From NCBI GenBank assembly GCA_038227875.1, contig JBBRPR010000049.1:1-64000 (forward strand): a DNA stretch of 64,000 nucleotides, given 5' to 3'. Positions 55,821 to 64,000 of the stretch are shown in pieces. A model generated the notes under the pieces. The model searched no databases, was not told the origin of the DNA, and saw only the letters and a list, made by a program, of their open reading frames with translations. The position numbers were made by a program, and so were the translations under genes. The DNA comes from Planctomycetota bacterium (GTDB lineage: Bacteria > Planctomycetota > SZUA-567 > H5-PLA8). Every line of letters starts with the position of its first letter. Position 1 is the first letter of the stretch.

Positions 55821-58436
55821 ATGATATCGAAATTCCTGGCGCTGCTGGTGTTGCTCGGCGCAGCCCAGAGCGCGTGGGCGTTGCAAATCAGCGGTACGAT
55901 TTACCACGATGCCAACAGCAACGGCGCTCGAGATGGTGGCGAAGTGGCGGTGGCCGGCTGCGTGGTCTATCTCGATTTGAACGAAAACGGTGTTCGCGAT
56001 ACCGGAGAACCGACGACAACCACCGACGCCAGCGGCAACTTTTCTTTCAGCGCCGGCCTGAGCCCGATTCAATACCGCGTCGCAGTGGAACCGCCGGCGG
56101 GGTGGGGCGTGGTGAACGCGGCCCATCCGCTTAAGCAACTCGGACGCTTCAGCACCAACACGTATCAGTACGGCGACATCTGGGGCGAAGGCAACGTCGG
56201 CGTGATCGGCGGCTATCAATCCGGCGCGCCGATCCAACTCGTGAACATCACCGATCCATCCAACCCCACGCCGCTCTCCACGTGGGGCGATCCACCGCCG
56301 CCAGGCTTTACGCTTCCCGATCCGCATAACTGTGTGAACGGTTGTCCGACCACCTGCGCGGGGGGCTGCGGCTGCGGGTGTTCGCCGCTGGCGTGGTATT
56401 CCAGCGCGGGTTCCGGCTACCAATATGAGTACGTCATCCTCCGCAACAAGATCGCCTACTTCGGCAGCAACGCGGGACTGGGCACAAGCATCGTCGACTG
56501 CACCGATCCGGCGAATCCGGTCACGATCAAACGGTTCGGCGCTGCATACGGCGCTTCGGATTTCGTGCACACGCTGTTTCTCGACGGCAAGTATCTCTAC
56601 ATCGCCGACAACCGGACCACGACGATCTGGGTCTACGATGTGTCCACGCCGGCGACGCCACGGCTGGTCCGCACGATTGTTGCCCACGCCGATCCGACGG
56701 GCATCCGCGTCCATCAGATCAACGTGAAGAATGGGCGATTGTTCATCGCGGTCAATCCGCTGAAAGTCGAAGAAGCCGCCTCGCCGTCCACAGTGTTCAA
56801 GGAATCGGAAGTGTGGGATGTCTCCGACATCGAGAATTCCGCGACGTGGCTGGGATCGTGGGGCTCGGGCTACTGCACGCACACGGTCAACGTGACCGAC
56901 GATGGCATGTACGGCATATCCGCGCGCGAACCGTATCCGTGGGAAGGCGCGGTCGGGGACGTCACGATCTGGGACATCCACAACCCGCAGAACGCCGTGA
57001 AAGTCGCTACGCTCAACGCCAACGCGCTGGGCTTCGGCGATTGCTGCTGCCACATTCCGGTGGTCCATGGAAACCTGCTGTACGTGTCGTGGTACTGGGC
57101 CGGCCTGAAAGTGTTCGACATTACCGACCCCACGCATCCGGCGCTGGTCGGGCATTACCACACCTCGAATCAGTCGACGGAGTTCACCGGCAATTGGGGC
57201 GTCTACCCGATGCCCAATTCAAATCTGGTGCTGGCCAGCGACATGGAGAACGGGCTGGTGACGCTTCAGACCGCGCTGCCTGGCGGCCACTACGTCGACC
57301 TGACGATCACACCGACGATCGCGCTGGATTTCGCGCTCCGTCCGCCGCCGGCGATTTCCTCCGCCGTCGCCGTGCCGTCCACGCAAGCCGTCGGTTCGCC
57401 GGTGATCTTCAACGCCGCGGCGACGACGGAAGATCCGCTCGCGCTGACGTACTCCTGGGATTTCGGCGACCTCTCCACCGGCAGCGGCAGCAGCACCTCC
57501 CACCTCTATACCGCGACGGGCATCTACACGGTGACGTTGACGGTGAACGATTCCAAAGGCGGAAAGTCGACGACGACGTTTCAAGTCACCATAATTCCGA
57601 ATCCGGTGCCGGCTGTCACCAGTATTGCGCCCACGACCGTTCAAGCGGGTGCCGCGGGCTTTACGCTGACGATCAACGGCACGGGCTTCGTGGCGAACTC
57701 GGTGGTGCAGTGGAATGGCTCCGCGCGGACGACGGCGTTCGTTTCGAGCACGGCTCTGACGGCGCTGATCAGCACGGCCGATGTCGCCGCCGCAGGCAGC
57801 GCGTCGGTAATTGTGGTGAACCTGGCGCCAGGCGGGGGAACATCCGCGGCGAGCGCTTTTACGATTACGCCGGCCGATAGCACGGGTGGTACCGGGGGTA
57901 CAGGAGGAACCGGAGGCACGGGAGGAACAGGGGGAACAGGTGGAACAGGAGGCGGCGGCGATCCGATTCCGCAGCCGATGACCGTGCAGAAACTTTCCGG
58001 CGCAATGAAGTACAGCAGCGGTAGCGCGGACTCCATTGCATTCTCGGGCGTGATCAATAATCTGGCCTCGCCGTTGACGCCGACTGGTAAGAGCGTGGTG
58101 TTGAACGTGAGCGGCGCGATGGCGACATTTACGCTCAACGCACGCGGTTCAGGTACCGGCCCGTCCGGCAACTTCGCGCTGACGCTCAAGCCTTACAAAC
58201 TGAATGGTAAAACCGTGAAGGGCAAATTCGCTGGCGGAGATGTCGCCTTCAAAACGAAACTGCAGAAGGGCACGTGGTCGGGCCTGTGGGCCGCGGCCGG
58301 CGTCGATCCCACTATCGCACAGACAGGCGCGCCGCTGCAGTTCGCCATCACGATCACGCTGGACGGTGTATCCTACGGCTGCACGGCCAGCGCCAGGCTG
58401 ACGTCGAAGGCGAAGATCGGCGGCAAGTTCAAGTAA
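55821..58436 (+). CDS. secreted surface protein: SdrD-B-like, LVIVD-repeat propeller, PKD, IPT/TIG, Gly/Thr linker, basic C-terminal domain
   Basis: Signal peptide, DANSNGARDGGE..VYLDLNENG..D.GEP, GLKVFDITDP, WGVYP, WDFGD, FTLTINGTGF, (GGT)n. Confidence 0.88.
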   Translation: MISKFLALLVLLGAAQSAWALQISGTIYHDANSNGARDGGEVAVAGCVVYLDLNENGVRDTGEPTTTTDASGNFSFSAGLSPIQYRVAVEPPAGWGVVNAAHPLKQLGRFSTNTYQYGDIWGEGNVGVIGGYQSGAPIQLVNITDPSNPTPLSTWGDPPPPGFTLPDPHNCVNGCPTTCAGGCGCGCSPLAWYSSAGSGYQYEYVILRNKIAYFGSNAGLGTSIVDCTDPANPVTIKRFGAAYGASDFVHTLFLDGKYLYIADNRTTTIWVYDVSTPATPRLVRTIVAHADPTGIRVHQINVKNGRLFIAVNPLKVEEAASPSTVFKESEVWDVSDIENSATWLGSWGSGYCTHTVNVTDDGMYGISAREPYPWEGAVGDVTIWDIHNPQNAVKVATLNANALGFGDCCCHIPVVHGNLLYVSWYWAGLKVFDITDPTHPALVGHYHTSNQSTEFTGNWGVYPMPNSNLVLASDMENGLVTLQTALPGGHYVDLTITPTIALDFALRPPPAISSAVAVPSTQAVGSPVIFNAAATTEDPLALTYSWDFGDLSTGSGSSTSHLYTATGIYTVTLTVNDSKGGKSTTTFQVTIIPNPVPAVTSIAPTTVQAGAAGFTLTINGTGFVANSVVQWNGSARTTAFVSSTALTALISTADVAAAGSASVIVVNLAPGGGTSAASAFTITPADSTGGTGGTGGTGGTGGTGGTGGTGGGGDPIPQPMTVQKLSGAMKYSSGSADSIAFSGVINNLASPLTPTGKSVVLNVSGAMATFTLNARGSGTGPSGNFALTLKPYKLNGKTVKGKFAGGDVAFKTKLQKGTWSGLWAAAGVDPTIAQTGAPLQFAITITLDGVSYGCTASARLTSKAKIGGKFK
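57882..57959 (+). repeat. in-frame 9-bp tandem repeat encoding a (Thr-Gly-Gly)n linker
   Basis: About 8 synonymous-codon units such as acgggtggt accgggggt acaggagga. Confidence 0.9.
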
Positions 58437-58485
58437 CTGCACTTTTTCGAGCGGTATTGACGTTCGAAAAAATTCTGAAAAACAT

Positions 58486-58541
58486 TCAACCAAATGGTTG
58501 ACTCCGGAAAGGGCCGGAGTAGTATTCAACCATATGGTTAA
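58486..58541. promoter_or_regulatory. two palindromic operator-like sites for the ArsR regulator
   Basis: tcaaccaaatggttga (58486-58501) and tcaaccatatggttaa (58526-58541), 40 bp apart; the second overlaps the ATG. Confidence 0.75.
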
Positions 58542-58911
58542 ACGATTCAGAACTGAAGAGGCGCGGCTGGACACAGTCTTTCATGCGCTTTCCGATTCCA
58601 CCCGGCGCTCCATCCTGCGGGATGTTTGCGCGGAGGAGAAGACCGTTACCGCGATCGCTGAGCCTTACAACGTGTCGCTGGCGGCCGTCTCCAAGCACCT
58701 CAAAGTGCTCGAACGCGCGGGACTCGTCCGCCGCGAAAAGCGCGGCAGCTTTCAATACGTCAGGACCAACGCCATGCCCATGAAGGAAGCCGAACGCTGG
58801 CTGGCGTACTACGAGAAATTCTGGAACCAGCGCCTGGATGCGCTGGAACAACTGCTCGACGACGAAGACGCGCAGCAGTCTCAAAAATCATCGCCCAAAC
58901 AATCACTGTAA
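58534..58911 (+). CDS. ArsR/SmtB family transcriptional regulator
   Basis: VFHALSDSTRRSIL, SLAAVSKHLKVLERAGLV, FWNQRLDAL. Confidence 0.93.
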   Translation: MVKRFRTEEARLDTVFHALSDSTRRSILRDVCAEEKTVTAIAEPYNVSLAAVSKHLKVLERAGLVRREKRGSFQYVRTNAMPMKEAERWLAYYEKFWNQRLDALEQLLDDEDAQQSQKSSPKQSL

Positions 58912-58959
58912 GGCACACGAACCAGAGTCTCTTTGAAGACTCGAAAGGGGAGGAGAATC

Positions 58960-59433
58960 ATGAAAAACGCAGCGCCCACCACAGTCACCGTCACGGTGCA
59001 CCGCACTTTCAAAGCGTCGCAGGAACGCGTCTTCAACGCGTGGCTGGACCCGGAGAAGGCGCGGAAATTCCTGTTCAACCATCACGAAGGCGCACACGGC
59101 GGGCAGCATGTCGTCCGCGCCGAAATCGATCCGCGCGTCGGCGGCAAATTCCTGTTCGTGGCGCACCGCGCTGGCAAGGACGGAAAGGAATCCCGGGAGA
59201 GCGATCACTACGGCGAGTACCTCGAAATCAACCGGTATAGCCGTCTGGCGTTCACGCTGATGTGCCCATGCGGTTGGTCGGAAACCACGAAGGTGACGAT
59301 CGATTTCACCGCGCTGAGCACCGGCGGCTGCGAATTGACGCTGACGCACGAAGGCCTGCCGACCCATCTGGAAGGACCGATTTTCGAAGGCTGGACGGAG
59401 TTCATGGTGGCGTTGGAGAAGTTGCAGGGCTAA
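58960..59433 (+). CDS. SRPBCC / AHA1-like domain protein
   Basis: R.F.AS.ERVF.AWLDP, IDPRVGG.F, G.YLEI....RL.FT, LTLTHE, GW; AGGAG RBS. Confidence 0.9.
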   Translation: MKNAAPTTVTVTVHRTFKASQERVFNAWLDPEKARKFLFNHHEGAHGGQHVVRAEIDPRVGGKFLFVAHRAGKDGKESRESDHYGEYLEINRYSRLAFTLMCPCGWSETTKVTIDFTALSTGGCELTLTHEGLPTHLEGPIFEGWTEFMVALEKLQG

Positions 59434-59515
59434 GGCGATGGCGGTACACGTAAGTGATCCGGAAAGTATGGCGCTTCCGATGGACCGTTTCCACGGTCCA
59501 TCGGAAGTGCGCAAG

Positions 59516-61147
59516 CTACTCCGCCGCAGCCGGCCGGAAGCGCTCCGCAATGCGTTCAACTTTTCCGCGCGGGCCATCGACCGGCTTGTAGCTCGTGGCT
59601 TCGGCATCCCAGGCCGTCTTTGTCGGATACGGATAGATGGGGATATCCATCTCCGTCTTGCCTTCGATGATGCGTCGGCCTTGAATCTGCCCGGGAGCAA
59701 CACCGTGCTCGCGCCACTTGACGACCAGGTCGAGCGTGCCGGGAAGATTATTGATTCCGGGTCCCGGCCCGTGGCTCATGCCGGGGATGACGTAAAATTT
59801 CATGAACGACTGAACCTTCGCGAGACTTCCGAAGTGTTCGATCACGCGTTCGTAATAATCCAGCGTGGCGTGATAAGGCACGCACGAATCGGCGGAGCCG
59901 GAAATCATGACCAGTTTTCCGCCGCGCTTTTCGAAGGCGGTTAAGTCCGGATTTTCTGCGTTGAGGTACGGGCCGAGCTCGGCGGTATACGTGTCGATGT
60001 CTTTTCCAAAATCGATCTCGCCCAGATTCTTATGCTCGCCAAATACCCAGTGGAAAAGATACAGATTGCCGCGGGCAATTCCGAATGTGCTGCCAAACGG
60101 CATTCCGCAGAAAATGTGTTCGCCGGTGATGGCATGTTTCGGGCCGCCGAAAAGTTTGCGGAGCGCGTCCGCGTGCGCGGGAGTCAGCGTCGGATCTTTC
60201 TTCAACGCAAGCGCGATGACCCCTTCGATGTCCTTGCTGTCGCAGCGCGGATCGGAGACGAGTTTTCCCGCTGTCGCCGGAACCTCACGATCGGCCATGT
60301 ACGCATTGCCGGCGGCGATGACGGCGTTCTGCTGCGATTCGGTGAACGGGCATTTATTGAGGATCTGATCGTTCCACAGAAAATAAGCGTGAAGCGGTGT
60401 GCGGCAGTGCGCCGGCACGCCGGCAGCGATGCCGTCGTAATCCTCGGGATAGCGTTGCGCTTCCTGCAGCGCCTGCTGGCCACCTGTGGATGAACCATCG
60501 AAATACGAAAGAACCGGATCCTTGCCGTAGTACGCCTTGACGACTTGCTTCGCGGCTACGGTCATCAGGTGGGTGGCGCGAAATCCAAAATCCTTCCAGA
60601 CTTCCTTGTTTCCGCAGCCGGAATTGGCATTCGGCGCGGTGCCGAGGTCTGTCGTCGCAACCGCGTAGCCCGCCCCATGCGGTCCCGCCAGTCCCATGGA
60701 ATTGATGTGTCCGGCGGCGCCCCCATTACCCAAGCCGAGGAATTTTGAATTCCATTTGCCTGCGTCCGGCAGCCAGATTTCCACGTTGATGTTGGAACCC
60801 TTGGCCGGATTGAGCACGATCTTGACGATCGTCCGCGGCTGCAAGTTGGTGTGCGTGCGTCCATCTGGCGTCGTTACGGATGTGGAGGTTTCGTGCTCCA
60901 CCTGGGTGATCGTACCGGCATCGATTTTTAAATCTTTAATGGCTGCAACCCCCTCCGGTGAAGCCGCGAACGTCAGCGTCGCAGTCACAGCTTTTACAAT
61001 ACAGATACAAAGAATCCACGCATGAATGTTCGAGATGGCCGGTTCCTTTTCGTGGTTTCTGATTCTGCAAAATCGTCGATGGTCTGCCAGTGTACTCCGA
61101 AAATTAAAACGATGCCGCAAAAGGTTCGCGGTATTCACTGGGCGCAA
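59516..61147 (-). CDS. tannase/feruloyl esterase family alpha/beta hydrolase (true start uncertain)
   Basis: EIWLP..WN.KF..GNGG.AG, SYFDGSSTGGQQAL..AQRYPEDYDGI, NPDL..F..RGGKL, G.AD, PGMSH. Confidence 0.88.
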   Translation of the reverse strand: MRPVNTANLLRHRFNFRSTLADHRRFCRIRNHEKEPAISNIHAWILCICIVKAVTATLTFAASPEGVAAIKDLKIDAGTITQVEHETSTSVTTPDGRTHTNLQPRTIVKIVLNPAKGSNINVEIWLPDAGKWNSKFLGLGNGGAAGHINSMGLAGPHGAGYAVATTDLGTAPNANSGCGNKEVWKDFGFRATHLMTVAAKQVVKAYYGKDPVLSYFDGSSTGGQQALQEAQRYPEDYDGIAAGVPAHCRTPLHAYFLWNDQILNKCPFTESQQNAVIAAGNAYMADREVPATAGKLVSDPRCDSKDIEGVIALALKKDPTLTPAHADALRKLFGGPKHAITGEHIFCGMPFGSTFGIARGNLYLFHWVFGEHKNLGEIDFGKDIDTYTAELGPYLNAENPDLTAFEKRGGKLVMISGSADSCVPYHATLDYYERVIEHFGSLAKVQSFMKFYVIPGMSHGPGPGINNLPGTLDLVVKWREHGVAPGQIQGRRIIEGKTEMDIPIYPYPTKTAWDAEATSYKPVDGPRGKVERIAERFRPAAAE

Positions 61148-61328
61148 TAGCCAAGGGTTCGGAGAAAGGCGGTTCGCAGGCTCCTCGTCTCCGAAGCCGC
61201 ATTGGCGGGCAATCCTACGTGCGGTTGCTCTGTAATCTATTTCAGAGCCTGTTTCCGGACGAAATGGTCGATCGCGACTCGCTCTTTGTCCGCATTTCGG
61301 AGTTCTACTGAGTGATCGCTCTTGTCAT

Positions 61329-62969
61329 TCATTTCTTTTTAGGTGCCAGCGCGTTGCGATATTCGGTGTGGCAGTTGTAACACGACTGCTGCACGCGCAG
61401 CAGCGAAGTGTTGAGCTGCTGCAATTCCGCGGCGGTGGTGTGGCCGCTTCGCCAGCCTTTTAGCAACTGCGCGACATTGGTCTGAGCGTCGGCGATCAGG
61501 TCCGCCGATTTCGGCGCCTGCTTCATCTGCTCCCACGTATCGGCTTCGAGAAATCGGTCGATGACGTGATTGAGGTGGCGTTCCAGGTCCTCGGACTTGC
61601 CGTCGACGGGAAGTTTCCAGCCGTTGCGTTGAACTTCTTCGACTCCGCGCCAGACCTTGTCGATGTCGCTCATGGCCAGGGTCATCGGTGAGGTGCTGGC
61701 GAAGGCGGTGAGTTCAACGGTGACGGCGTCGAGCGCAGCGGAAGTCTGCTTGGATTCATTCTCGGCGGAGGCGTAGAGCCCGGTGTAGTCGGTGGATGCG
61801 CCGGCGACCCACATCGCGGCGACGGCCTGTTGCGGTGTCATCTCGCCGAGAATCACTTCCACCACGCCCGCCGCGCTGGGCGAGCGGTGCTTGCCGCAAC
61901 TGCAGTGAATGTAGATCGGCCCCGGCTGATCGCGGATGATCCTGGCCAGTTGCATCGCCTTGTCGTGAGGAATTCCTGCGTACGACACCGGGACGTGAAG
62001 ATAGCGCATACCCAGCTTGTCGGCGCGCTCCGTCGGCGGCGGTTCGCCGTCGACGCGAATGATGGTCTTCACGCCCAAGTCGTGGAGCGCCTGGAATGCG
62101 GCGTCATCGGACGGGAAACCGCCGGTGATCATTTTCGTCCCAAAGCGGTATGCGTTGGGCAGGCGGGCGTCCAGCACCGGTGAAATGGCGCCGGCGGCTT
62201 TGCGGCGCGCGTCCTGCGTCTTCTTCCACTCGGCGAGATCGTCGGCGTTGCGCGACGTCTGCAGCCACGCGGCCATCTTGCGGTCGAATTCGCTGTTCAA
62301 AAACTCCACGACCTTGATCGCGTTACAATCGTTGCCGGTAAACGTCGCCAGCCGCTGGCCGTCGGGAGCGCAGACGATCAGCATCGGCGACGTCGCATCG
62401 TACTTCTTGAAGACCGCGGCGTTCTCCTTGATTTCAGGAACCTTGAGCAGCAGTTCGATGCCGGCGAGCGTGAATTGGTTTTGCGTCAGCGAGTATTCGA
62501 ACAGCGTGATCGGTGGCGGCACGCCGGAGTTGGCCTTCTTGAATTCTTCAATCGCCTTGGCGCCTTCGCCGGCCAGCCGCGCCGTGTGCTCGTCGCAGAA
62601 AAATTCAGCGTACGACTGTTTGCGCTGCAGCGCCAGTTTGCACACTTCTTCATCGGAGTACTGCCACTTCACGTCCGTCGGCGCCAACCCGCCGCAGGTG
62701 CAGCTGTTGGTGTCGGCAGTGGCCTGATAGGCGTATGAAGAGCTACTGGTATTCAGCGCGCCCGGTGTAACCGTTTTCACCGCGCCATTCGACTGGCTGG
62801 CGGTAGTGTATGGTCCGGTGGGCGTGCTGCGCGCAACATTCTGTGCGACGGGGACGCCAACGTTGGTTAAGACCGGCGTGGGCGGCAGCCCGTTGCCGCA
62901 GGCAAATGCAGCGGGAAGAGTCAGCGCGAGGACGCCAAGCAGCGCCGCCCGCAGTGAAGTTGTCAGCAT
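61329..62969 (-). CDS. exported fusion of a PTP/DSP-fold (HCx5R) domain and a cytochrome c'-like domain
   Basis: Signal peptide; LGVKTII.VDG, IYIHCSCGKHRS; helical C-terminus ending SCYNCHTEYR (CxxCH); AGGAG RBS. Confidence 0.8.
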   Translation of the reverse strand: MLTTSLRAALLGVLALTLPAAFACGNGLPPTPVLTNVGVPVAQNVARSTPTGPYTTASQSNGAVKTVTPGALNTSSSSYAYQATADTNSCTCGGLAPTDVKWQYSDEEVCKLALQRKQSYAEFFCDEHTARLAGEGAKAIEEFKKANSGVPPPITLFEYSLTQNQFTLAGIELLLKVPEIKENAAVFKKYDATSPMLIVCAPDGQRLATFTGNDCNAIKVVEFLNSEFDRKMAAWLQTSRNADDLAEWKKTQDARRKAAGAISPVLDARLPNAYRFGTKMITGGFPSDDAAFQALHDLGVKTIIRVDGEPPPTERADKLGMRYLHVPVSYAGIPHDKAMQLARIIRDQPGPIYIHCSCGKHRSPSAAGVVEVILGEMTPQQAVAAMWVAGASTDYTGLYASAENESKQTSAALDAVTVELTAFASTSPMTLAMSDIDKVWRGVEEVQRNGWKLPVDGKSEDLERHLNHVIDRFLEADTWEQMKQAPKSADLIADAQTNVAQLLKGWRSGHTTAAELQQLNTSLLRVQQSCYNCHTEYRNALAPKKK

Positions 62970-62996
62970 GGTTTTTAAGCTCCTGGAGAAATGTGT

Positions 62997-64000
62997 CTAT
63001 TCGTCGCCCTTGAAATCCTTGAAGCGCAGCCGTTCGGAAAGTTCGCCGTAGAGATTCTGGCGGCGAATCTTGATCTTGATCAATTCCTGGTTGAGGTCCC
63101 GGGTGGAGCGAATCATCAGGCCGGGATCGGCTTTGAGGGACAGGCGGTAGAAGCCTTCGGCGCGCCAGAGACGGATGATGTCGGACTTCGCGCGATCCGC
63201 GGAGTCACGCAACCAGACCTGTTTGATGGTACCGTCCATGTTCGTTTCGGTCCGGTCGTTGCCGCCGATCGTGGTGGGCATGCCCTCCCGCGCGGTGTCT
63301 CCGTAATTGGTCTCGCTGCTGCCGAGCGCTTCAGCCGCCATCTTCGTGAAATAGGCCGTGTACGCGTCGCGTTCGTACCCGGAAGGCTCGGTGAATCCGA
63401 TGCCCGTGCCCATGCAGTGCATGCAGACATCGAATCCATTGCCGTGGCATTTCTGGCAGAGCGCAACGCGGGCGCGCGAGGACGATCCGGTCTGAACGTT
63501 CTTAGCTCCCGCGACGCTCGCCGAAGGCGCAGGCGCGTTCATGTTCTTTAAAAGGTAGCCGGTGCCATTGCAGTCGGTGCATTGCAGTACGCCGTCGCCG
63601 TTACAATCAGGACATTTGACAGTGGCGTAACACATCACCAGTACGTCAGCCAGCGGCCGGCTGAATTTCTGTCGGGCTTGCGCTTCGGCTTTGTTCATTT
63701 CGTCGCTGTTGCCGGAATTGATCGACGCGCGGAAGAACTGCGCGGCGGCTTTGTAGTCTCCGGCTTCGATCTGTGCGAACCCACGTTCCCATTGTTTCTC
63801 CGGCGCAGTGCGATCGCCGGTCTTGGGTGTGGCGGCGGGCGCGGGCGGTGGCTGGTCCTTGTTCTGAAGTGCAGGGCCATTCGGTCCGTTCTTCAAAGCG
63901 TTACGTAGTTTCTCATTCGCCGACTCGCCGTCCTTCTTTTCAATTTTCGGCGCGGGCTTTTTGACGGGCGCATCGGGTATGTCGTCGACGGCAGCTTGTT
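62997..64000 (-). CDS. hypothetical protein with DnaJ-like CxxCxGxG zinc fingers (5' end outside the window)
   Basis: CPDCNGDG, CTDCNGTG, CQKCHGNG, CMHCMGTG; the frame stays open from 63896 to the window edge. Confidence 0.8.
   Translation of the reverse strand, partial: QAAVDDIPDAPVKKPAPKIEKKDGESANEKLRNALKNGPNGPALQNKDQPPPAPAATPKTGDRTAPEKQWERGFAQIEAGDYKAAAQFFRASINSGNSDEMNKAEAQARQKFSRPLADVLVMCYATVKCPDCNGDGVLQCTDCNGTGYLLKNMNAPAPSASVAGAKNVQTGSSSRARVALCQKCHGNGFDVCMHCMGTGIGFTEPSGYERDAYTAYFTKMAAEALGSSETNYGDTAREGMPTTIGGNDRTETNMDGTIKQVWLRDSADRAKSDIIRLWRAEGFYRLSLKADPGLMIRSTRDLNQELIKIKIRRQNLYGELSERLRFKDFKGDE

Noticed and set aside
57882..57959. Tandem repeat as a CRISPR array or contingency locus
   Set aside because: Synonymously varied codons encoding a Gly/Thr linker; no spacers and no cas genes.
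62997..64000. dnaJ
   Set aside because: Only CxxCxGxG repeats are visible; no HPD J-domain or DnaJ C-terminal domain in the part inside the window.

Overview
GC-rich bacterial DNA. The gene content (ECF sigma factors with long C-terminal extensions, many Hanks kinases, PKD/Ig and PQQ-type beta-propeller proteins) suggests a Planctomycetota/PVC organism, which is an inference. Bases 1 to about 21.3 kb look like an accessory island. It carries two decayed copies of what resembles a large-serine-recombinase 3' end, a GAF-GGDEF-kinase fusion, and a co-oriented cluster: ECF sigma, FeeM-like N-acyltransferase, sigma4-only protein, SGGKDS ATP-pyrophosphatase, ThiF adenylyltransferase, divergent tryptophanase-like PLP enzyme and nitroreductase-fold oxidase. 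This resembles an expanded OxzAB/TyzABC N-acyl-amino-acid/oxazolone pathway and is the best candidate for an undescribed system. A second ECF-FeeM module, with a VAO/PCMH-type flavoprotein, lies at 47.8-52.7 kb. The remainder is mostly housekeeping and signalling genes (GAF-PilB ATPase, PAS hybrid kinase, CHAD/HD, prfC, MarR, GT4, PfkB, SDF transporter, ArsR-SRPBCC, tannase family). It also holds an msrA with an in-frame active-site TGA and a SECIS-like hairpin (probable exported selenoprotein). No rRNA, tRNA or CRISPR array was seen. All assignments come from reading motifs by eye, not from database searches.
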